Positions 1-8,405 of a DNA stretch of 37,632 nt are shown one piece after another. The notes below the pieces were generated by a model. That model did not search any database. It was not told where the DNA came from and was given only the letters and a program-made list of their open reading frames with translations. Position 1 is the stretch's first letter. Each line of letters begins with the position of its first letter. Source of the DNA: Acidobacteriota bacterium (GTDB lineage: Bacteria > Acidobacteriota > Vicinamibacteria > Fen-336); assembly GCA_003222295.1 (NCBI GenBank), contig QHVP01000105.1, positions 1 to 37,632 on the forward strand. Direction: 5' to 3'. Position numbers and translations under genes: made by a program.

Positions 1-1
1 C

Positions 2-880
2 GATCTCTGTGTCGCGGACTTCCTTCACTCCATGCCCAACGTGCCGACGGATCGCGGCCTGCCCGTGCTCCTCTTCGAGCACAACGTCGAGCATCTCATC
101 TGGAAACGCCTGGCCGACATCGACACGCAGCCATGGCGGCGGGCCTTGCTGGAGGTCGAGTGGAGGAAGATGCGTCGCCGCGAACTCGAGGCCTGCCGGC
201 GGGCCACGCTCACCGTCGCCGTGTCGGAAGCGGACCGCGACGTGCTCGCCGCCGCTGCCCCCGGTGCCCGTGTTTGCGCGGTGCCGACGGGCGTGGACAC
301 GTCGTACTTCAGCCCGAACGGGTACCAGCCCGTGACCGCGCGCCTCGTTTTCACGGGGGCGCTGGAGTGGTACCCGAACGAAGACGCGATGCTCCACTTC
401 GTGGGCACCATCTTGCCCATCATCCGCGGGCAGGTCGCCGACGTGTCGCTGACCATCGTCGGACGCAAGCCATCGGCGCGCCTGCGGGCATTCGTGGAGG
501 GTGTGCCAGGAATAACCATCGCCGCCGACGTGCCTGACGTGCGTCCCTACATGGGGCAGGCCGCCGTCTACGTCGTGCCGCTGCGGGTGGGTGGAGGGAC
601 GCGCCTCAAGATCTTCGAGGCTCTGGCCATGCGCATGGCCGTCGTCTCCACCACGGTGGGCGCGGAGGGCCTGCCCATGGTGCCCGGCGAGCACTATCTG
701 CGCGCGGACGAGAGCGACCGCTTCGCGGCGGCCGTCGTGGAGCTACTGCGCAACCCGGAGCGGCGAGAGGCCATCGCTCGCGCCGGGCGGCGGCTGGTCG
801 AAGAGCGCTACACCTGGCCCCAGGTGGTGCGCGAGTTCGCCACCCGCTGCGAGGAAGCAGTAGCGGTCCATGCGGGTTAG
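2..880 (+). CDS. Glycosyltransferase family 1 (GT4-type), 5' end outside window
   Basis: The frame is open from the window edge (codons from nt 2). The translation shows the C-terminal GT-B half typical of GT1 enzymes (VYVVPLRVGGGTRLKIFEALAMRMAVVSTTVGAEGL). Stop TAG 878-880 overlaps the next gene by 11 nt. Confidence 0.85.
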   Translation, partial: DLCVADFLHSMPNVPTDRGLPVLLFEHNVEHLIWKRLADIDTQPWRRALLEVEWRKMRRRELEACRRATLTVAVSEADRDVLAAAAPGARVCAVPTGVDTSYFSPNGYQPVTARLVFTGALEWYPNEDAMLHFVGTILPIIRGQVADVSLTIVGRKPSARLRAFVEGVPGITIAADVPDVRPYMGQAAVYVVPLRVGGGTRLKIFEALAMRMAVVSTTVGAEGLPMVPGEHYLRADESDRFAAAVVELLRNPERREAIARAGRRLVEERYTWPQVVREFATRCEEAVAVHAG

Positions 881-2168
881 CGTCTTCGGCCTCGGCTACG
901 TCGGCTGCGTGACCGCGTCCTGCCTCGCCCGCGAAGGGCATGACGTCGTCGGCGTCGACACCAATCCGGACAAGGTCCAGATGGTCAACGCCGGAACCTC
1001 CCCGCTCGTCGAGCCGGGACTCGGAGAGCTGCTGGCGGCGGGGGTCAGGCACCGCCGGCTACGAGCCACTGGTTCGGCGCCGCAGGCGGTGGCGGCGAGC
1101 GACCTCGCCCTCGTGTGCGTCGGGACGCCGAGCCGTCCCAACGGGCAGCTCGACGTCTCCGGCCTCGAGCGCGTGATGGCCGACATCGGCGGCGCCTTGC
1201 GGGATCGGCACGATCCTTTCCAGGTCGTCATCCGCAGCACCATGTTGCCCGGCACCACCGACGCCGTGGTCGTGCCCGCGCTCACCTCCCGCCTCGGAGG
1301 GGCGAGAACACCCGTGGTGCGCGTGGCCGTGAATCCCGAGTTCATGCGCGAGGGATCGTCGCTTCACGACTTCTCCCGCCCCCCTTTCACCCTGGCCGGC
1401 GCCACCGACGCCGAGGCGATCGCCGCCCTGCGCACCCTCTACGCCGGAGTCGAGGCGCCGTTCATCAGCACGGATATCGGGACGGCAGAGATGGTCAAGT
1501 ACGTCTCGAACGCCTTCCTCGCCCTCAAGATCTGCTTCGCCAACGAGGTCGGGGACGTGTGCGAGGCCCTCGGGGTGGACGCCCAGGAGGTGATGCGGAT
1601 CTTCCTGATGGACCGCCGCCTCAGCGTGTCCGAAGCCTATCTGCGCCCGGGCTTCGCCTTTGGTGGCTCCTGCCTGCCCAAGGACGTGCGCGGGCTCCTC
1701 TACGCCGCGCGGAACGCCGACGTGGTGCCAGCCGTGCTTTCCGCGATCCTGCCCTCCAATGAGTCGCAGATCCGGCGAAGGGTGGAGGAGGTCCTGGCCA
1801 CCCGAAAGCGTCGCGTCGGGGTGGTGGGGCTCTCCTTCAAGCCCGGAACGGACGACCTGCGTGAGAGCCCGCTGGTCGCGCTCGTGGAGGCCCTGCTCGG
1901 CAAGGGCTGCGACGTCCGCATCCTGGATCACAACATCTCGCTCGCCCGCCTCGTCGGGGCCAATCGCCGCTACATAGAGGAGGAGATCCCGCACGTGTCA
2001 TCCCTGATGTGCGAGAGCGCGGACGAGCTCCTGGCCCACGCCGAGATCATCGTCGTGGGCCACCGGTCGGAGGACGCGGACGCGGTGCTGGCCGCGATGG
2101 AGCCGCATCACGTCCTCATCGACCTCACGCGGAGTCGGGTGCCCGTGCCCGGCCGCGCGGCGGTATGA
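870..2168 (+). CDS. algD: GDP-mannose 6-dehydrogenase (UDP-glucose/GDP-mannose dehydrogenase family, AlgD-like)
   Basis: 432-aa ORF. It has the N-terminal Rossmann motif MRVSVFGLGYVGCVTASCLA, the catalytic Cys context RPGFAFGGSCLPKDVRGL, and GANRRYIEEEIPHVSSL near the C-terminus. As I recall the sequences, these parallel Pseudomonas AlgD much more closely than Ugd or WecC-type members. Length matches AlgD. Confidence 0.85.
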   Translation: MRVSVFGLGYVGCVTASCLAREGHDVVGVDTNPDKVQMVNAGTSPLVEPGLGELLAAGVRHRRLRATGSAPQAVAASDLALVCVGTPSRPNGQLDVSGLERVMADIGGALRDRHDPFQVVIRSTMLPGTTDAVVVPALTSRLGGARTPVVRVAVNPEFMREGSSLHDFSRPPFTLAGATDAEAIAALRTLYAGVEAPFISTDIGTAEMVKYVSNAFLALKICFANEVGDVCEALGVDAQEVMRIFLMDRRLSVSEAYLRPGFAFGGSCLPKDVRGLLYAARNADVVPAVLSAILPSNESQIRRRVEEVLATRKRRVGVVGLSFKPGTDDLRESPLVALVEALLGKGCDVRILDHNISLARLVGANRRYIEEEIPHVSSLMCESADELLAHAEIIVVGHRSEDADAVLAAMEPHHVLIDLTRSRVPVPGRAAV

Positions 2169-2968
2169 CCGCTCCGCACGGGGTCCCGTCCGACAACCCC
2201 CACCTCCAGGCCCGGGAGTTCTTCGACCGCATCGCCGACGACTATCGCACCCGTTCCCTGACCGCCGTTTACAACGTGAGCTCCCTCAGCTTCCGGCGGC
2301 GCCAGGACACGGTCACGCGCATGCTGCTCCGCACTCCCCCCGGTGGGCTGGTGCTCGACTACGGCATGGGGCCGGCGGTGTTCGGGCCGGCGGCGGCCGC
2401 GCACGGCTTGCGTTACGTCGGTATCGACATCTCGGAGCGCATGGTGCAGATGGCGCGCGAACTTCAGCTGCCCAACGCGGAGTTCCACGTGGGCGACCTG
2501 AACAGCCTCGGCCGCTACACCGCGCAGGCGGACACCGTGCTCTTGATCGGCCTCATCGACTATCTGCAGGAGCCCGGGGACGGACTACGCCGCCTGGCCC
2601 GCTGCGTGAAACCGGGGGGGCGCTTGATCATGTCGTTCCGCAACCACGTCTCCCTGCCGCGGGCGACGCGCAGCGCCGCCAAGCAGGCGTGGCGCCTCTG
2701 GCGGCGAAGCCGCGGCGCGGCGCGCACCGCCTTTGCCGCGCCCGTACTCGAGAACTCGTTCGTGCCCGGCCGCGATCTCGCGCCCGTGCTGAGGGCGGAA
2801 GGCTTCGACGACCCGGTCGTCGAGTTCCTCGACTGCTCGCCCGTGCTCTTCAACCTCCCGTTACCGCGCCGTGTGTGGGAATGGTGGCGCCGGGCGGACG
2901 AGGTCCTGGGCCGCCGCGCCCCGACGCTGCTCTGCGCATCGGGAGTGCTGATGGCAGAGAAGCGCTGA
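2165..2968 (+). CDS. Class I SAM-dependent methyltransferase
   Basis: ATG 2165 overlaps the algD stop (ATGA). It has motif I VLDYGMGPA and VKPGGRLIMSF. The 52 Arg/Gly-rich codons upstream in the tracked ORF (from 2009) overlap algD and were trimmed. Confidence 0.8.
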   Translation: MTAPHGVPSDNPHLQAREFFDRIADDYRTRSLTAVYNVSSLSFRRRQDTVTRMLLRTPPGGLVLDYGMGPAVFGPAAAAHGLRYVGIDISERMVQMARELQLPNAEFHVGDLNSLGRYTAQADTVLLIGLIDYLQEPGDGLRRLARCVKPGGRLIMSFRNHVSLPRATRSAAKQAWRLWRRSRGAARTAFAAPVLENSFVPGRDLAPVLRAEGFDDPVVEFLDCSPVLFNLPLPRRVWEWWRRADEVLGRRAPTLLCASGVLMAEKR

Positions 2969-2984
2969 AGCAGCGCCCACGTCG

Positions 2985-3572
2985 ATGGCCTACGCCTGCC
3001 TGATGTACCACTCGCTGTCCGATGGCCCTCACCCCGACCTTCTGTACCCTCGCTACACCACTACCCGGGCCCGTTTCGAAGAGCACCTGCGCGCCCTGGG
3101 CGGCGACGGCTTCCGCCTGGCTGACTTCCGGGACCTCCGGCGCCGGCTGGATGCGGCGGGGGGCCTCCCCGACCGCTATTGCGTGCTCAGCATCGACGAC
3201 GGCCACCGCAGCGGTCTCGAGATGGCGGAGGTCATGGTCGCGGCGGGGGTCACCGCCACCTTCTTCCTGACCATGGACTATTGCCGGCAGCGCGACGACT
3301 TCCTGAAGCCGGCCGAGGTGCGCGAGCTGGCCGCGGCCGGATTCGACTTCGGGACGCACGGCGCCAGCCACCGCGCGCTCTCGCGCATGCCGCGGCCGCG
3401 GATGCGGGCCGAGCTGGCCGACAGCAAGGCCTGGCTCGAGGACATCCTCGGGGACCCGGTCGAGGCGATGTCCCTGCCCGCCGGACAGGGGGACGACGAC
3501 GTGTACGTCGCCGCCTATGAGTCCGGGTACGGGCTGGTCGGCAACTCGCGCGAGCAGCTGAACGAGCCCTGA
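2985..3572 (+). CDS. Polysaccharide deacetylase (NodB/CE4 family), ending at an in-frame TGA. The same frame continues with coding-like composition to 3749.
   Basis: Motifs seen: MYHSL, LSIDDGHRS, ATFFL, FGTHGASH. After TGA 3570-3572 the same frame stays open for 58 more codons with almost exclusively G/C third positions. It ends in a TGA (3747-3749) that overlaps the next gene's GTG as GTGA. Confidence 0.75.
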   Translation: MAYACLMYHSLSDGPHPDLLYPRYTTTRARFEEHLRALGGDGFRLADFRDLRRRLDAAGGLPDRYCVLSIDDGHRSGLEMAEVMVAAGVTATFFLTMDYCRQRDDFLKPAEVRELAAAGFDFGTHGASHRALSRMPRPRMRAELADSKAWLEDILGDPVEAMSLPAGQGDDDVYVAAYESGYGLVGNSREQLNEP

Positions 3573-3745
3573 CCCGCGCCGCGCCCGGTGAACCGCTTCG
3601 TGGTCCTGGCCGGCCACGGCGCGAGACAGGTGTGCCGGATCGCCGGGGGGTCGCGTGCCTACGTGTGGCGGCGGCGGGCGCGGGCCGCCCTCCTGTATCT
3701 GCCCAAGGTCCTGCTGCGCACCTACGACGCGACCCGCGGCGAACA

Positions 3746-4594
3746 GTGAAGATCACGACGGACTGGCGGCGGCACCTCCACGACATCCGGACGCAGGAGA
3801 TCGAGCTCATCTTCTCGGCCTGCTCGCCGCGTGCCTTCGGCGAAGGCCTGGAGCTGGGGGCGGGCGATGGCTTCCAGAGTGCGCTCCTCAGCCGTTACGT
3901 GGCGCACCTCACGAGCACCGACTATGACGCCGCCATCGGGTCGTTGCCGTCCTCCCCGTCCGTCACCTACCAGGTCGGTGACGCGGAAGAAGTGGACAAG
4001 GCGTTCCCGGCATCCCACTTCGATCTCGTGTTCTCCTCGAACCTGCTCGAGCACGTCCCCGACCCCGTGCAGACGCTGAGAGGCGTCGCCACCATCCTGA
4101 AGGACGAAGGGATTACCATCCACGTGATTCCCAATGTGTTCTGGAAGCTATCCTCGATCGCTCTCTACATGCCCTACCGCTTCGCCACGCTGGTGGAGCG
4201 CATGACGCAGGCGACGCGGATGCAGGAAAGCGGCCACCAGCCCGTCAACAACCCGAAGACGCCGCGGCCGCGGCGATCGTTTCTCGCGCGGCAGCTCTGG
4301 CCGGAGCCGCACGGAGTCTCGAAGACGAACCGCGAGGAACTGCGCGCCTTCTCGCGCTCGCGCTGGCGCGAGGCCTTCGAGCGGGCGGGGCTCAGGGTCA
4401 TCACGATCTCGAGAGGACCGGTCGCTTCCGGGTACGGATTCGGCTTCGACTCCCTGCGAACGGGCCTGCGGCGTCTGGGCCTGGCCTCGGAGTATGTCTA
4501 CGTGGCGGCCAAGGCCGGTCGCACCAGCCCCTACGAAACCTTCTTTCGCAGCGTACGAGCCGGTCCCCTCGGGCGAGCGGAGAGACGATCGTGA
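3746..4594 (+). CDS. Class I SAM-dependent methyltransferase (Methyltransf_11-like)
   Basis: It has motif I LELGAGDGF, FDLVFSSNLLEHVPDP and LKDEGITIHV. I chose GTG 3746 as the start (GTGA overlap) because the tracked start at 3632 lies in Arg/Pro-rich sequence that overlaps the deacetylase frame. Confidence 0.75.
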   Translation: MKITTDWRRHLHDIRTQEIELIFSACSPRAFGEGLELGAGDGFQSALLSRYVAHLTSTDYDAAIGSLPSSPSVTYQVGDAEEVDKAFPASHFDLVFSSNLLEHVPDPVQTLRGVATILKDEGITIHVIPNVFWKLSSIALYMPYRFATLVERMTQATRMQESGHQPVNNPKTPRPRRSFLARQLWPEPHGVSKTNREELRAFSRSRWREAFERAGLRVITISRGPVASGYGFGFDSLRTGLRRLGLASEYVYVAAKAGRTSPYETFFRSVRAGPLGRAERRS

Positions 4595-7470
4595 TCGGCG
4601 GCAGGGCGGAGAGCCGTGATCCGGATACGCCCGGGCGTGGCGCGGCGCTCCGCGCCCCGCGGGTCGCCTTGGCGATCCTCGGCCTCTTCACCCTTGATCC
4701 TCTCCGGGCGGCGCCGTCTCCCCGTCCGACCGCGACCGTCGCCGAGCGCCCGCGCCTGCAGGCGGATACCACTCCTTTCGCGGCGACGACGGCCACCGTG
4801 ATCGTCCGCGCGGGCGACGATCTTCAGGCCGCCCTCGACCTGGCCCGACCCGGCGACGTCCTCGTCCTCCAGGCCGGAGCCACCTTCACCGGTCCCTTCA
4901 CCCTTCCCGAGAAGCGGGGCCAGGGCCCGGCATCATGGATCACCATACGCAGCAGCACCCCGGACACGGCCCTGCCGCCCGGAATCCGAATCCACCCTCG
5001 TCAGGCCGCGCAGCTCGCGCGCCTCGAAGCGGCCTCGGGCTCGGTGATCTCCGCGGCCCCGCGCGCCCACCATTTCCGCCTGGTCGGCCTCGAGCTGCGG
5101 CCGGCCCCGGGGACGTTCCTGTATCAGGTGGTGGACCTCGGTGGGGCCGCATCCTCGGCGGAGGACCTGCCTCGTTACGTCGTCATCGACCGCTGCTACC
5201 TCCACGGCGATCCCGCCCGCAGCGGACGCCGCGGGGTGGCCCTCAACTCCGCAACCTCCGCGGTGGTGGACTCCTACCTGTCCGACTTCAAGGAGCTGGG
5301 CGCCGATTCCCAGGCGATCGCGGGGTGGAACGGCCCCGGCCCGTTCAAGATCGCCAACAACTATCTGGAGGCGGCGGGAGAGAACGTGATGTTCGGCGGG
5401 GCCACCCCGGCCATCGCCGGCCTCGTCCCGTCGGACATCGAGATCCTTGGAAACCATCTGGCCAAGCCGCTGACCTGGCGTGCCGGAGACCCCGCCTTTC
5501 AGGGTGTGAGCTGGTCGGTGAAGAACCTCTTCGAGCTGAAGAACGCACGGCGCGTCCTGATCGACGGCAACCTCATGGAGCACAACTGGGTGCAGTCGCA
5601 GGACGGATTCGCGGTCCTGTTCACGGCGCGAGACGAAGCGGGCGCGGCCCCGTGGGCGGCGGTCGAGGACGTGACCTTCAGCAACAACACGGTCCGTCAC
5701 ACCGGATCGGGGGTCAACCTCATCGGTCACGGCGGAAGGACCGCGGTCACACGCAGGATCCTCATCCGCAACAATCTGTTCGACGATGTGAGCGGCGAGA
5801 GGTGGGGTGGGAGCGGCCGCCTCCTCCAGATGGTGGAAGGGGCGGACGACATCGCCTTCGACCACAACACGGCGCTCCAGACGGGCAGCCTCGTGATCGC
5901 CGACGGTGCGCCCCACGCGCGATTCGCCTTCACCAACAACATCGCGCCCCACAACGCCTACGGGGTGATCGGGAGCGGGAGCGCATCTGGCCTGCCCACG
6001 CTCCGCGCGTTCTTCCCGGGTGCCCGCTTCGAGGGCAATGTCATCGTCGGAGGCCAGGCCGAGAGATATCCGCCGGGAAACTTCTTCGCTCCGTCGCTGG
6101 AAGCGATCGGGTTCGACGGGGCGGCGGGCGACTATCGTCTGGGCGTCACCAGCCCTTATCGGCGAAGCGGCACCGACGGCACGGACCCGGGTGCCGACTT
6201 CAGCGAGCTCCTTGCCGTGGCCGCCGTGCCCAGCGCCTCCTTCGCGATCCCTTCCACGTCGGGGCCGGCGGCCGGGGGCCCTGCCGCGAGGATGTGGAAT
6301 CGAGTCCGCACGCGGGCCCGGGAGGCGGGCTGGCCGCGGGCAGTGTTCTGGTCCGCGGTCGTCCTGCTCGCCTATCCGTATGTCGCCTATCCCCTGCTCA
6401 TCTGGGCCTGGGCCGCCGTGCGTCCGCGACCCCCGCGCATGGGAGCGGAGCCATCGGTGACGGTGGTCATCGTGGCTCATGACGAGGAGGAGCGAGTACA
6501 GGAGCGGATCGATAACGTCCTCGCCCAGGACTATCCGCGGGACCGTCTCGACGTCGTGCTCGCGTCCGACGGCTCTGCCGACCGAACGGCTGAGCGAGCT
6601 CGCGCCCACGGCGGAGCGGGGGTGGAGGTACGGAGCTTCGATCAGAGGCGCGGAAAGCCTTCCGTCCTCAACGACGTCGTCCCGCAGGCCCGTGGTGAGG
6701 TGGTGCTGCTCGCCGACGTCCGGCAGCGCTTCGATGCGGGCACCGTGCGCGCGCTCGTCTCGTGCTTCGCCGATCCGCGCGTCGGGGCCGTGAGCGGGGA
6801 GCTGGTACTCACTTCGCCTTCCGGCGGTCACGGGGTCAGGGATGGTGTCGACCTCTACTGGCGTTACGAAAAGGCGATTCGCCGCCACGAGAGCGTGGTC
6901 GATTCGACGGTCGGGGCCACCGGCGCCATCTACGCCATCCGCCGCGACCTGTTCGAGCCGCTGCCGCCGGACACGGTCCTGGACGACGTCCTCATCCCGC
7001 TGCGCATCGTCGGCCGCGGATATCGCGTGCTCTTCGAGCCGCGCGCCGTCGCCCACGACGCGGCGGCATTCGGCTCGCGCCAGGAGTTCGGGCGCAAAGT
7101 CCGCACCCTGGCCGGGAACTTCCAGCTCTTCTCCCGACACCCGTGGGTCCTGGGGCCCTTCCGGAACCGCCTTTGGTTCCAGACCGTCTCCCACAAGGCC
7201 TTGCGCCTCTTGACTCCGCTCCTCCTCGCCGCCGCCTTCGCCGCGAACATCCTTCTCGCGCGGACGCCCTTCTATCGCCTGCTGCTCGCCGGGCAGGCAT
7301 CGTTCTACGCGGCCGCCCTGGCGGGCGCGGCGCTCGGAAACGGAAGGCGCCGCCTTCCGCTGCTTTCCGTGCCCTTTGTGATCTGCCTGCTCAGCTGGGC
7401 GACGGTCGTCGGCTTCTTCCGTTTCCTCGCCGGCCGGCAGCGCGTGACGTGGGATCGGGCGTCCGCGTAG
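4591..7470 (+). CDS. Fusion protein: signal/anchor, right-handed beta-helix (pectin-lyase-fold-like) domain, TM segment, glycosyltransferase family 2 core, three C-terminal TM segments
   Basis: A single 959-codon frame starting at GTG 4591 (GTGA overlap). The N-terminal half has a repetitive beta-helix-like pattern (NNYLEAAGENVMFGG, GNHLAKP, DGNLMEHN, SNNTVRH, RNNLFDD, DHNTALQ, TNNIAPHN) and ends GDYRLGVTSPYRRSGTDGTDPGADF. The C-terminal half has GT2 motifs VTVVIVAHDEE, ASDGSADRT, LLADVRQ, GATGAIYAIRRDLF, LDDVLIPLRIVGRGY and RKVRTLAGNFQ. Hydrophobic helices flank the GT2 core. Confidence 0.8.
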   Translation: MIGGRAESRDPDTPGRGAALRAPRVALAILGLFTLDPLRAAPSPRPTATVAERPRLQADTTPFAATTATVIVRAGDDLQAALDLARPGDVLVLQAGATFTGPFTLPEKRGQGPASWITIRSSTPDTALPPGIRIHPRQAAQLARLEAASGSVISAAPRAHHFRLVGLELRPAPGTFLYQVVDLGGAASSAEDLPRYVVIDRCYLHGDPARSGRRGVALNSATSAVVDSYLSDFKELGADSQAIAGWNGPGPFKIANNYLEAAGENVMFGGATPAIAGLVPSDIEILGNHLAKPLTWRAGDPAFQGVSWSVKNLFELKNARRVLIDGNLMEHNWVQSQDGFAVLFTARDEAGAAPWAAVEDVTFSNNTVRHTGSGVNLIGHGGRTAVTRRILIRNNLFDDVSGERWGGSGRLLQMVEGADDIAFDHNTALQTGSLVIADGAPHARFAFTNNIAPHNAYGVIGSGSASGLPTLRAFFPGARFEGNVIVGGQAERYPPGNFFAPSLEAIGFDGAAGDYRLGVTSPYRRSGTDGTDPGADFSELLAVAAVPSASFAIPSTSGPAAGGPAARMWNRVRTRAREAGWPRAVFWSAVVLLAYPYVAYPLLIWAWAAVRPRPPRMGAEPSVTVVIVAHDEEERVQERIDNVLAQDYPRDRLDVVLASDGSADRTAERARAHGGAGVEVRSFDQRRGKPSVLNDVVPQARGEVVLLADVRQRFDAGTVRALVSCFADPRVGAVSGELVLTSPSGGHGVRDGVDLYWRYEKAIRRHESVVDSTVGATGAIYAIRRDLFEPLPPDTVLDDVLIPLRIVGRGYRVLFEPRAVAHDAAAFGSRQEFGRKVRTLAGNFQLFSRHPWVLGPFRNRLWFQTVSHKALRLLTPLLLAAAFAANILLARTPFYRLLLAGQASFYAAALAGAALGNGRRRLPLLSVPFVICLLSWATVVGFFRFLAGRQRVTWDRASA

Positions 7471-7471
7471 C

Positions 7472-8317
7472 GTGTCCACCTCTGTGCGGATCGGCCTCGC
7501 CCAGCTCTTGGTGGAAGGGGGCGAGGCCGCGCGCAACCTCGACCGTGCGGCGGCCCTGGTCGCGCAGGCGGCCGCGTTGGGTTGCCAGATCGTCCTGCTC
7601 CCGGAGTGCCTCGACCTCGGCTGGACCCATCCGAGCGCGATGCACGAGGCCCAGCCCATCCCGGGTCCGATCAGCGAACGGCTGGGTGCGCTCGCGCGGG
7701 AGTTCGGCATCTTCGTCTGCGGGGGACTGACGGAGCGCGAGGGCGACCGCACCTACAACACCGCCGTCCTTCTCGACCCCGCGGGCGCGCTGCTCCTGAA
7801 GTACCGGAAGATCAATCTCCTCGTCGTGGAGCAGCCGTACTACTCGGTGGGCCGCTCGCTTTCGGTGGTGGAGACCGCGCTGGGCGTGGTCGGCGTGAAC
7901 GTCTGCGCGGACAACTACGCCGACTCCCTCGCCATCGGCCACACCCTGGCCCGGATGGGATCGCAGATCATCCTCTCGCCCTCGTCCTGGACGGTCGACT
8001 ACTCGATCGGCGAGGGGGAGGATCCGTACGGACAGAAGTGGATCGCGCCGTACACGCTGCTGGCGCGTCTCTACGACCTCGTGATGGTCGGCACGACCAG
8101 CGTCGGCTACATCGTGGGCGGACCCTACGAGGGAAAGAAGATGGTCGGCTGCTCGCTGGTCGTGAACAAGGACGGGGTGCTGGCCCGCGGCCGCTACCTG
8201 GAGTTCGCGAGCGACCTCGTGACGGTCGACGTGCCCGTCCCCGTGCGGCCCGAAAAGGGGACCGCCATCGGCGAGATGCTGAAGCGGAAGGGCTACCGCT
8301 TTGACGGACTGGCTTGA
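7472..8317 (+). CDS. Carbon-nitrogen hydrolase (nitrilase superfamily)
   Basis: GTG start one nt after the upstream stop. The Glu-Lys-Cys triad contexts are IVLLPECLD, LLKYRKINL and VGVNVCADN. At 281 aa the length is typical for the family. Confidence 0.85.
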   Translation: MSTSVRIGLAQLLVEGGEAARNLDRAAALVAQAAALGCQIVLLPECLDLGWTHPSAMHEAQPIPGPISERLGALAREFGIFVCGGLTEREGDRTYNTAVLLDPAGALLLKYRKINLLVVEQPYYSVGRSLSVVETALGVVGVNVCADNYADSLAIGHTLARMGSQIILSPSSWTVDYSIGEGEDPYGQKWIAPYTLLARLYDLVMVGTTSVGYIVGGPYEGKKMVGCSLVVNKDGVLARGRYLEFASDLVTVDVPVPVRPEKGTAIGEMLKRKGYRFDGLA

Positions 8318-8362
8318 TCCCCCGCCGGGGACGCTTCCCTTCCTCGACTCCTCACCGATGTC

Positions 8363-8391
8363 TTGACACCGGCGAGCCGCCCGCGTAACCT
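8363..8391 (+). promoter_or_regulatory. Sigma-70-like promoter candidate: TTGACA, 17-nt spacer, TAACCT
   Basis: The -35 element is at 8363-8368 and the -10 at 8386-8391. It lies in the 88-nt gap upstream of ATG 8406. Confidence 0.35.
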
Positions 8392-8405
8392 CCGCTCGCC
8401 GAGTC

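Noticed and set aside
3570-3572. Selenocysteine or genome-wide TGA reassignment as the explanation for the in-frame TGA
   Set aside because: Most genes in the window terminate cleanly at TGA with family-typical lengths, which argues against reassignment. No SECIS-like hairpin is evident immediately downstream, and deacetylases are not known selenoproteins.
4933-7752. 939-aa ORF on the minus strand, the second longest in the track
   Set aside because: It lies antisense to the beta-helix::GT2 gene and the C-N hydrolase. Its translation is Arg/Gly/Pro/Glu-rich with no motifs. This is a typical shadow ORF of very GC-rich DNA, where stop codons are rare in all frames.
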